This document shows, one piece after another, positions 28,901 through 36,000 of a stretch of 64,000 bases of DNA (the stretch's first letter is position 1; every line of letters starts with the position of its first letter). The stretch lies in the NCBI GenBank assembly GCA_041485905.1, contig JBGPKK010000001.1:38141-102140 (forward strand), written 5' to 3'. The notes under the pieces were generated by a model. That model was given only the letters and a program-made list of their open reading frames with translations, ran no database searches and was not told the DNA's origin. The DNA comes from Vicinamibacteria bacterium. GTDB taxonomy: Bacteria > Acidobacteriota > Vicinamibacteria > Vicinamibacterales > CAVVIG01. A program made the position numbers and the translations under genes.

Positions 28901-29334
28901 TCTTCCAGGCGCAGTCAGGCGTGCCGTTCGACGTGCGAAGCCCGACGAACGATTTCGCCGGCGTCGGAGCCGGCAGCGGCCAGCAGTTTTTAGGCCTGGT
29001 CGGCGACCCCAACACCGGGCTCACGGATTTCGACGGCACGCGGGCGATCTGGTTCAACAAGAGCGCCTTCCAGAATCCCGCCGCGGGAACGTTCGGCAAT
29101 CAGGGTCAGAATCCGCTGCGTCAGCCCGGTTTCTGGGATCTCAATATGTCGCTTCGAAAGAGCGTCAGGTTGGACAGCGATCACCGGATCGAATTGCGCT
29201 GGGAAGCCTTCAACGTGCTGAATCACCCGCGATTGGATAACGCCGTGATCAACCCGAACTCGGGAGACTTCGGATCGATCATCGGGAAGACCGGGAGCCG
29301 GACGATGCAAGTAGGGCTTCAGTTCATCTTCTGA
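25915..29334 (+). CDS. TonB-dependent outer-membrane receptor with an N-terminal carboxypeptidase-regulatory-like domain
   Basis: Start at MHRAF (Met22 of ORF 25852..29334), preceded by ggagga. Signal peptide ...SATAAQAQ; GVDVTLTNAGTGQERRTVTNDTGLYTFPNVPVGTYTV; terminal ...MQVGLQFIF with a C-terminal Phe typical of OM barrels. Confidence 0.85.
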   Translation: MHRAFTSCRHSVVAVAVMLLSATAAQAQFDSAQVSGVAQDATGAVLPGVDVTLTNAGTGQERRTVTNDTGLYTFPNVPVGTYTVNAALSGFKGFTKTGVPVDAGVNIRVDVQLQVGAVSETVLVQASATVIDTAVIARTVTAEQIAATPLSGRRASQVAQLTAGVVGGNMGTFGGSALNSFATGVTSINGGRADEFITTVDGAPSIRVRAAGGFMMGAQNIDTVEEVQVLTTNYQAELGRASAGQLRLVTKSGSRDFRGNMFWNFQNDKLDANSWTRNRSGLDKTLHEFNASGFTLGGPIYIPGKFNTNRQNLFFFWGEEWTRDRSEDSQTATVPSLAMRNGDFSELLNPANPFFNRARIIRDPLTGQPFPNNVIPAFRLSPNGKALLNAYPAPIPGFQQGASNWIGTLPVFNHQRKDSIKVDWVLNNTHRLAIRHTWAPNIWNIPEAMGLYSSVWDYPGRTMAATFTSTIRPTLLNELTFSWGSTKPARFLGQRTCDYCPGGADAFLYPLASQLGINYRQLFPGTKMDPDKLPNLSMSGFTSINNNAYPGVWNDFVFLWADNVTKISGNHTFKAGVSVERSGMNDQIQLTFAQSPATVNQNGSFRFTDTTRTDGTNLSAANVILGLFDDYTEFGVKPNTRWVSMGYDAFLQDSWKPVRDLTLELGLRYSLWEPWGAQDNELASFNPLFYDPSKAAVINPSLTGGFIVSGDRFNGIVLPGDGPTAQALIDFPQLADLQRLYHGVPRGFAQTMKDGLQPRLGLAYAINDKTTFRTGVGKFLNRVQINTTAAYGFNPPLSEMQTVINGNVDLPGGAQTRNFPLVMAMQDPNFTNPISWAWNATVDRELPGTIRAQVSYVGRAASNLERARNINQLQPGTIQANPTINVNALRPYKGFGPITLYETTGRSRYDAMQIQVERRASRAGFTAAYTFSRTKDDSSGRGDILPNAYDDTGYYGISDLDRPHVFVSQARYRFPMLDSAPAAVRGVFGNWDISGIFQAQSGVPFDVRSPTNDFAGVGAGSGQQFLGLVGDPNTGLTDFDGTRAIWFNKSAFQNPAAGTFGNQGQNPLRQPGFWDLNMSLRKSVRLDSDHRIELRWEAFNVLNHPRLDNAVINPNSGDFGSIIGKTGSRTMQVGLQFIF

Positions 29335-29344
29335 AAGTTCGGAT

Positions 29345-29833
29345 CTATTTCATGGGCGAGTAGTCCGTCGCGCTCATGAAGATGTTGTCGACCTGCACGT
29401 TGACCTGCATCTCTGTTCGCGTCTTGACCCAGTCTGGATCGGCCCCGAACGCCGCCCATGCGGCGTCTCTGGCTGCGCCGTCTTTGTACGCGAGCAGGTA
29501 GATCAGCGTGTTGGGCTTGGTGACCGGCTGCCAGTACCCGATGATGGTCATGCCGTGCTTCTTGAAGAGCGGGGTCGTGCGCTCGCGAAATCGTGTGTGC
29601 AGGAGATCGATCGAGCTGCCCTCGCGCACCGTGTAGGTCCTCAGCTCGAAGCAGCGGGAATCCTTCGTCACGTTCTTGACGTCGGCGGGTAGATTCGGGC
29701 CGCATGGCGGCGTGGGCGCCGGCGGCGCACCTCGGCCCGCTTGTCCGGCGGGAGCCTGCGCCCCTGCGGCTGCAATGGCCAACCCGACGAACACGGCGAT
29801 CAGGCCGGCGAACCCGGCAAGGCGTTTTGTCAT
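29345..29833 (-). CDS. NIPSNAP-family protein, secreted
   Basis: Start at MTKRLAGFAGLIAVFVGLA (Met12). ELRTYTVREGS...LFKKHGMTIIGYW fits NIPSNAP. Confidence 0.65.
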   Translation of the reverse strand: MTKRLAGFAGLIAVFVGLAIAAAGAQAPAGQAGRGAPPAPTPPCGPNLPADVKNVTKDSRCFELRTYTVREGSSIDLLHTRFRERTTPLFKKHGMTIIGYWQPVTKPNTLIYLLAYKDGAARDAAWAAFGADPDWVKTRTEMQVNVQVDNIFMSATDYSPMK

Positions 29834-29961
29834 GGCTCCTCCTTTGTCTCTACCGCCCAGCGACACACGTCATCGAGGAACACATCATATCCGCGTCCCA
29901 CATTCGAGGCGCACCAGTTCTTCGATCAGATCCTGCGCGCCAGACTTGCAAAATACGAGGC

Positions 29962-30288
29962 TCATTTTGCCGCGGCAATCGAGTCCACCTGGATCGTCTT
30001 GGTCTTGGCGTCCAGCGTGCCGATGACCCTCACTTTCTGTGCCGCGAACTTTTCCGGCGTCTGCTGGTCGCTCAGCGTGTAGACGTCCTTGCCGTCATAC
30101 AGAACGTACGTGGCGCCATGGGCACTGATGCAGGCAATGGTGCACTCGGCGTCCGTCGGCCCCATTCGCATTTGGGAATGACCGGCTTTGGCGCACATGT
30201 TGTCCGTAATGGTGCCGGTGAACGTCTGTTTGCCGGGGGCTGCGGACAGCGCTGCAACTGCGAAAAGGCTCAAGATCAGATGCTTCAT
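29962..30288 (-). CDS. small secreted Cys-containing protein, unknown function
   Basis: ORF track, with signal peptide MKHLILSLFAVAALSA. Confidence 0.6.
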   Translation of the reverse strand: MKHLILSLFAVAALSAAPGKQTFTGTITDNMCAKAGHSQMRMGPTDAECTIACISAHGATYVLYDGKDVYTLSDQQTPEKFAAQKVRVIGTLDAKTKTIQVDSIAAAK

Positions 30289-30509
30289 AACCTCTCGTTC
30301 ACCTAATCTCTACGATGTCCAGTTAAGATCGATTTTGGCAGGCAGCCCGAGCTACGACCGTGCTGAAGCGCGGGTGGCTTGCGACGCCGCCCGTCAGTAT
30401 TGGGAGCGGTGCCGGGATCGACGGATCCCGGCCCTCTCATTGACTGTTTCGACGTGACGCAGAGGGTCCCAGGCTCGAAACAGCGACGTGCGCGGCCGAT
30501 GGACGCCTT

Positions 30510-31106
30510 CTATTCGCCCGGTATCATGAAGTGGGCGGTTGTCGTGCCCGCATTCATGATCCACACGCCACCCCCCCTGCCGTTGTCGGGCAGTCCGAGG
30601 GACTGCGTCGTGGCGCCCGGCACGGCGATGGTCATGTGCGTGCGAGCGGTCGCCCGGTCGGCGCCCATCAGGTGGTACCACACCGACCCGAACTCGGGCT
30701 TCACACGGGTTCCGTCCTTTTCCGCCGCATCGAGCGTTGCCTGTTTCTTGTCGCCCATCGCCTCGAACTTTAGATTCTGAGCGGCCCGGTTCAGGTTGCC
30801 GAGGCTGGTGCACTCAATCGAGAACGGCTGCTGTCCAGGAAAGCCCGACCGGTCGTAGCAGACCAGACGGTTCGTGCCCTTCCTCAACGTGTCGTACGTC
30901 TGGTCGGGTTTCCACTTGATGACCGTCGCCTGGGCCCCCAAATTGCCCGGGGCGGCAAGCAAGGCTTTGTCGACGTCGGCCTGCGACGCTCCCGGCTCGA
31001 GCGACGGTGGCGGCGGCGCCGGCGCGCCACGGCCTCCCTGCGCCTGCATCAACGCGCTGGCCGAGACCGCCATGACACTGAGGACACACAGAACAATGCG
31101 TTTCAT
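30510..31106 (-). CDS. secreted protein, unknown function
   Basis: Start at MKRIVLCVLSVMAVSASA (Met10 of ORF 30510..31133). Confidence 0.6.
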   Translation of the reverse strand: MKRIVLCVLSVMAVSASALMQAQGGRGAPAPPPPSLEPGASQADVDKALLAAPGNLGAQATVIKWKPDQTYDTLRKGTNRLVCYDRSGFPGQQPFSIECTSLGNLNRAAQNLKFEAMGDKKQATLDAAEKDGTRVKPEFGSVWYHLMGADRATARTHMTIAVPGATTQSLGLPDNGRGGGVWIMNAGTTTAHFMIPGE

Positions 31107-31191
31107 ACGAACCTCCAATTGACATCCGCGCAAATTTACGCGTCGAGATCGGCATCAGGATAGCACAGGAGGATCTGAAACCCTGTCGGTC

Positions 31192-31424
31192 ATGCGCTTC
31201 CTGCACGAATCGACCGTCATCCATGCCGGGGAGACCGTGAAGTGGACTAATCTGGACCATCAGACACTGCGCACTCGGGGTTCATCGTTTCGGCACCGCA
31301 AGAACGGACGGGGCTCGCTCAGGCACCGCTTGGCGTTACGCGATTCAGGGTCACGTTTCCGCATGCAGGAGTCTTTTCGTACATCTGTGCACTTCATGAC
31401 GATCTGGGCATGAAGGAAGAGTAA
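31192..31424 (+). pseudogene. Frameshifted, N-terminally truncated cupredoxin (plastocyanin/amicyanin-like) remnant
   Basis: Frame A reads ...STVIHAGETVKWTNLD. About 31258-31265 the sense continues in another frame: SDTAHSGFIVS...VTFPHAGVFSYICALHDDLGMKEE*, with C-x2-H-x4-M copper-ligand spacing. No signal peptide. Confidence 0.4.
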
Positions 31425-31826
31425 CTGTTGTCCCCTGAGATCGGTTGCGGACCTGAGGTTGCAGGACAGCAGGCTGAAAACTGCGTTGAGAAGAAGCCGT
31501 TGACAGCACGACTCTGGACGAGAGTTGGAACGAGCAGCGAAGACACGGCGTGCCGCAGCCCGGATCGGCTACCGGCCACTGGCGGGGCGCTGTGGTGCTC
31601 GGGGGGCTGCGCCTCGTCCCACTTCGAGCGCTGTGCAAGGTACCTGGTGGTCGAGATAAAACATTGAGCTGAGTATCCTCCCCGAGAAGTTCGAGGATCT
31701 CGCCGTTACCGATCCCGTTAGGCTGTCAGAAAGATCACTTCCGCTTGGTGCGGTGTTTTCGAATCCATTCTGCCAGTTCCTCGTCTGTGACCTCCGACGT
31801 GAACGCCGGGGCTCACACTCACCAAC

Positions 31827-32759
31827 TCACGAATTCACCAATTCGTGCAGGCGGAAGTGGTGTTTTCCGAGCTGGCCGCCGTAGTTGCCCGCCGAGATCT
31901 CGACGACACCAGGACGGCAGGCGGCCTCGATGCCGACGCGCAGCGCGCGCTCGATTGCCGGACGATCCAGGCCGTCCACGACGATCTCGAGCACGGCGTT
32001 GGCGTCCTCGGGCAGCTCGCTCGCGACGCCGGACCGTCCGCGCAGCGTCGGACAGTACGCGTCGTTGGTGGAGGCAATCATCTTCTTGTAGTGCTTCGCA
32101 CCGATCTTGCTCCCGGCGCGCACGATCCCGCCGGGAAACGGCAGCACGACGCCGCGCAGCCGGCGCATGGCCTCGACCGCCGATTCCGCCGCGGTGAGCG
32201 CGGCGGCCTGGTTCCTGGCCAGAATCAGGAAGTTGCCGCCGCCGATGGCTTCCTGGATCCCGAACCGTTCCTGCACCAGGAACTCGCCTTCCATCACCGG
32301 GATCCGCCAGTAACGCTGCCCGTCCAGGAATTTGCTCGATTGAAACCGGTCGCCGAAATGGCGCAGCTGTCCGCCGACGACGACGCGATCGGCCGCCTGA
32401 GGCAAACCGTCGAAGCAGGCCGTGGTCGGACAGGTGAGCACCGTCTGGCCCACTCTGTCGACCAGCCGGCCGCCGAGTCCCTCGAGGTCGAAGCCAAACA
32501 CCAGCACGCTGACGCCAGGCCGCCCGTCGGGCGTTTCCTGAGGACCCAGATCGGCCTCGATGCCCGCTTCGACTTTGCAGCCGATGACCGACGTGGCAAA
32601 GCCGGTCATGGACTGCGCCGCCGTCCGCGCCCACACCGGCGATTGGGCTGTGATCACGACGCGCGCGGCGCGCATGTCGAACGCTTCGGCAAAGGTGTCG
32701 ACGATCCGCACACCGCGGCGTTCGATGGTGACCGGGGTCACCGGTGCTTCGCCCGTCAT
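31827..32759 (-). CDS. fhcD: formylmethanofuran:H4MPT formyltransferase
   Basis: Start at MTGEAPV (Met75 of ORF 31827..32981), 310 aa. IVDTFAEAF, VVITA, LVFGF and GNFLI segments resemble Ftr/FhcD. Confidence 0.8.
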   Translation of the reverse strand: MTGEAPVTPVTIERRGVRIVDTFAEAFDMRAARVVITAQSPVWARTAAQSMTGFATSVIGCKVEAGIEADLGPQETPDGRPGVSVLVFGFDLEGLGGRLVDRVGQTVLTCPTTACFDGLPQAADRVVVGGQLRHFGDRFQSSKFLDGQRYWRIPVMEGEFLVQERFGIQEAIGGGNFLILARNQAAALTAAESAVEAMRRLRGVVLPFPGGIVRAGSKIGAKHYKKMIASTNDAYCPTLRGRSGVASELPEDANAVLEIVVDGLDRPAIERALRVGIEAACRPGVVEISAGNYGGQLGKHHFRLHELVNS

Positions 32760-33413
32760 GTTGAAGAGGAAGTGTACAGCAGACTGCGAGAACAACCGGG
32801 TGTGATACCGGTCAAGTGGTGGGTCAGTTTCGCGTGGCCGGCCGAGGGACCTCGGGCCGCGCCGCCCGAACGTCGCGCGGAAAACGCGTCCTCCCGGCCA
32901 ACGCTGTCGCACCCCGCGTCGCGTCAGCTTCCTCCCACGCCTCGGCCATGAACAGGGACCGACCGTGGTAACACGTCGCATCCGGGCGTCAATCCGGCGC
33001 GACCCGGTCGGGCCGCCTCCCGGACGCGTTTTCCACCGATCGCCCGACGCGCGAGTTCGATGCGTCGCCGCCCGAGGCCCCTCGGCCGGCTGTCCTCACG
33101 AGCCCTGCCGTGGCCTCGGTGATCGCCGACGTGGAGGCGTGCCGCGCACGATCGCATGACAGCGCGGCCGGAGCGTCTCATCGCGGCGGTCACGACGTGC
33201 AATGAACCTGGCCGTGACGTCCGCATCACCTCCACGGCGAACCCGCGCAGGTGCCGGACCGTCGATGAACCCCTTGACCGCCGCGTGAGCGGCCGAGTAC
33301 GACGCGCAGGACGCGCTGTCCGGCACGCCGACCCGGAGGCGATTACCGAGGCCAGGGCGGGGCGTCACAAACGAGACGCGACGCCGAAACTCAAACTGAC
33401 CCAGTACGCGGTT

Positions 33414-34229
33414 TCAAGACGCCCGGGGCTTCCAGACCAGAATCTCGCCTTTGCCCGGAACGGCCGCGTCGCCAGTGTAACGTTCGTAGGACCCATCTTG
33501 TTCTTCAAACGGGATGGCGAATTCGAGCGATTCCAGGTGCCTCGCGTACAGACGCAGGAACGTCGGGTTGTACGCGGACGCGTACGTGAACGTCGGCAGG
33601 AGCTGGAGGGGCGTCAACGTGATAATCGTGCCGCGAAGCATCCAGGCACCAGTCCGCAGCTCGGCTCCCTTGCGGAGGATCAGGGTACCGCCTTTCATCT
33701 GCAAGCCGGCGAAGTCTCTCACTGCGCCGCCGATCGCGATGATGCCTCGCTTCATCCGCATGCCGACTTCGAGGCCGGCCGTGCCGTCGACGACGATCGT
33801 CCCGTCCGTCATCCCCGAGAGGCTTCCGCGGTAGGCCGCCCCCACTTGTCCACCGGCGTTGCCGCGAACGCGGATGAGTCCCCCCGACATCTCTGCGCCG
33901 AGCCAGTCCGAAACGTCGCCGGAGACTTCGATCGTGCCTCCCTTCATGTACGCCCCGAGATGCATGCCGGCGTTGCCGGCGATGGTGATGCGGCCCCGAG
34001 TCATGCCGCGGCCGATCCATTTGACCTTCGCCAGGTCGCCGCGGATCTCCACCTCGTCGCTCGCTCGGCCCTCGACGTCGAAAAAGTCCTCCACGCGGCG
34101 CTGCCGCTTTCCCAGATAAACCGGCAGGGCGCGGATCTCGTCGTTTGTCAGCGCCGCCATCACGTCCGGCGAGATCATCTCCGCTTCGAGCGGAACGTTG
34201 GGTGGCTCTTTGAGGGTGAGTGTGATCAT
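33414..34229 (-). CDS. fwdC: formylmethanofuran dehydrogenase subunit C homologue
   Basis: ORF track. Gly-rich beta-helix repeats (ITIAGNAGMHLGAYMKGGTIEVSGDVSDWLGAEMSGGLIRVRGNAGGQVGA...) typical of FwdC/FhcC. Confidence 0.85.
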   Translation of the reverse strand: MITLTLKEPPNVPLEAEMISPDVMAALTNDEIRALPVYLGKRQRRVEDFFDVEGRASDEVEIRGDLAKVKWIGRGMTRGRITIAGNAGMHLGAYMKGGTIEVSGDVSDWLGAEMSGGLIRVRGNAGGQVGAAYRGSLSGMTDGTIVVDGTAGLEVGMRMKRGIIAIGGAVRDFAGLQMKGGTLILRKGAELRTGAWMLRGTIITLTPLQLLPTFTYASAYNPTFLRLYARHLESLEFAIPFEEQDGSYERYTGDAAVPGKGEILVWKPRAS

Positions 34230-34290
34230 GCTCGGACTTGTTTGGGCGGCCCTGAAGGGCCTCCCCTGCAGCGTACGCAGCGGACGGCCT

Positions 34291-35916
34291 TTAGACCGTC
34301 CCGATGACCTCCGGTCGCCGGATCCGTTCCATCTCCACCGGATAGTTGTCGAAGGACATCGTGTAGACCTTCTGGAACACCGGACGCAAATACTCCGTGA
34401 TGTGCTCGTCGAACGGGGGCTGAACCAGGAACTGCCGTCCGTTGCTGACCGAGCGGATCTCGCCGTCCTCGACCACGACTTCCCCGCTCTTGATCACGTA
34501 GCGCGGATACTCGAACATCAGGCTCGGATCCGGGTTCGCGTGATACAGCGCCACATCCGCGTCCGCGCCCACACCCAGGTGACCTTTCTGGGTGAGGCCC
34601 AGCGCGCGCGCCGGGCCCGCGGACGTGATGATGGCGATGTCGGACAGCGTGTACTTTCGATCCAGATCCGCCAGAACGATCCGCTTCTGCGCCTCCTCCG
34701 GCAGCCTGTTCACGCACTCGCGCCGGTACTCCACGTCCATCAAAAGACGGATCAGCTCCGGGTATCGCCAGAAACACGCCCCGTTGGGATGATCCGTCGT
34801 CAGGAAGATCCGCCAGGGATCGGTGATGAGGAGCAGCAGTTCCAATCCGACTGCCCACTGGATGGCGTTGACCAGCTTGTGCTCTTTGTACACGTAGGGA
34901 ACGATCCCGCATCCGGTCTCATTCTCCACGTCGAGGTTGCCCCACTTGTGGCCGGTGAGCTGATAGAGGACGTGCTGCCACGGGCCGTCGGCGGTGATCG
35001 TCACGGTGTTGCCGAACAGGATCGCCCCCGCGTCGGTCGTGAAGTTCGTATGCGTGTTGAAGTACTCGGCGACAGTGGCCGCTTCCGAGCGCATCGAGCC
35101 CCAGTCGTCTCCACCGTAGGAGTGGAATTGCAGGTGCGCGAGATGCGCCCGACGCCCCTCCAGGACCTTCATCGTCTCGATCGTCGTCGTGAAGTTGCCC
35201 GGAGCGCCGAGGTTGTTGCAGTGGATGTGGAGCGGGTGCGGCAGACCCAGATCGTCGATGATGGTCGCGAGGTCCGAGATGATCCTGGCCGGCGTCACTT
35301 TGCTGTACCCGTCAATCGATTCGAACAGCTTCTTGGCGTCGTGCCCGTACTTCCAGTTCACGACGCCCCCGGGATTGACTGCCTTGACGCCGTACGCCTT
35401 GGCCGCGCCGATCAGCCACGCCACGACGTGCCTGGCGCGTTCCAGTTCGCCCGCCTCCAGCAGGTCCAGCACGATTTCGTTGTTGGCCATCAACACGAGC
35501 GTGGACTTGTCGACGATGGGCGTGTCGTGCAGCTCTTCGTGCGTGTGTCTCGCAGAGAGCACCGGCATGGCGGCCTCGTTCACCGTCGTCCAGCCCATGC
35601 CCGCGTACAAGTACCCGGTGGCGAAGGTCGTGGGGGTGATGCCGCCGAGACCGGCACGGAACTCGGGCGTGTGCACGAACGGCAGCCCACGCCGCATGTG
35701 CTCGGGCGTCAGGCCGCGCGCGAAATTCAGCGCGGCTCCGGCCACGTGGGTGTGGACGTCGACGCCGCCGGGGAATACGACCAGGCCGGTGGCATCGATC
35801 GAGCGGCCGCCTTCGACCTGAGACACGATGCGGCCGTCGGAGATGCAGACGTCCTTGACGACGCCGTCGATCCCGTTGGCCGGATCGTAAACCTTCCCGC
35901 CTGTTATGCGCAGCAT
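34291..35916 (-). CDS. fwdA: formylmethanofuran dehydrogenase subunit A homologue (amidohydrolase)
   Basis: ORF track. MLRITGGKVYDP...GLVVFPGGVDVHTHVAG (HxH metal site). Confidence 0.9.
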   Translation of the reverse strand: MLRITGGKVYDPANGIDGVVKDVCISDGRIVSQVEGGRSIDATGLVVFPGGVDVHTHVAGAALNFARGLTPEHMRRGLPFVHTPEFRAGLGGITPTTFATGYLYAGMGWTTVNEAAMPVLSARHTHEELHDTPIVDKSTLVLMANNEIVLDLLEAGELERARHVVAWLIGAAKAYGVKAVNPGGVVNWKYGHDAKKLFESIDGYSKVTPARIISDLATIIDDLGLPHPLHIHCNNLGAPGNFTTTIETMKVLEGRRAHLAHLQFHSYGGDDWGSMRSEAATVAEYFNTHTNFTTDAGAILFGNTVTITADGPWQHVLYQLTGHKWGNLDVENETGCGIVPYVYKEHKLVNAIQWAVGLELLLLITDPWRIFLTTDHPNGACFWRYPELIRLLMDVEYRRECVNRLPEEAQKRIVLADLDRKYTLSDIAIITSAGPARALGLTQKGHLGVGADADVALYHANPDPSLMFEYPRYVIKSGEVVVEDGEIRSVSNGRQFLVQPPFDEHITEYLRPVFQKVYTMSFDNYPVEMERIRRPEVIGTV

Positions 35917-36000
35917 TGGGGAAATTGGGAATTAAGAATTAGGAATTCAGAATTCAGAATTCGAGCCACGAATTCCTAATTTCGAATTCTGAATTCATAA
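35917..36000. repeat. A+T-rich palindromic heptamer array filling the whole fwdB-fwdA intergenic space
   Basis: gaattaa gaattag gaattca gaattca gaattcg agcc acgaatt cctaatt tcgaatt ctgaatt cataatt. gaattcagaattcga and tcgaattctgaattc are perfect inverted repeats. Contains several GAATTC cores. Confidence 0.9.

Noticed and set aside
31428-31826. Short ORFs 31351..31638 (-), 31394..31579 (-), 31428..31667 (+), and a reverse-strand fragment ending ...VTDEELAEWIRKHRTKRK* as small genes or toxin-antitoxin remnants.
   Set aside because: They have no start or RBS context, stops lie immediately upstream, and I recognise no family.
32924-33368. Track ORFs 32924..33235 (-) and 33096..33368 (-) as genes filling the fwdC-ftr gap.
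   Set aside because: They are Arg/Gly/Pro-rich with no motifs, no RBS and no start context, and they overlap each other in different frames.
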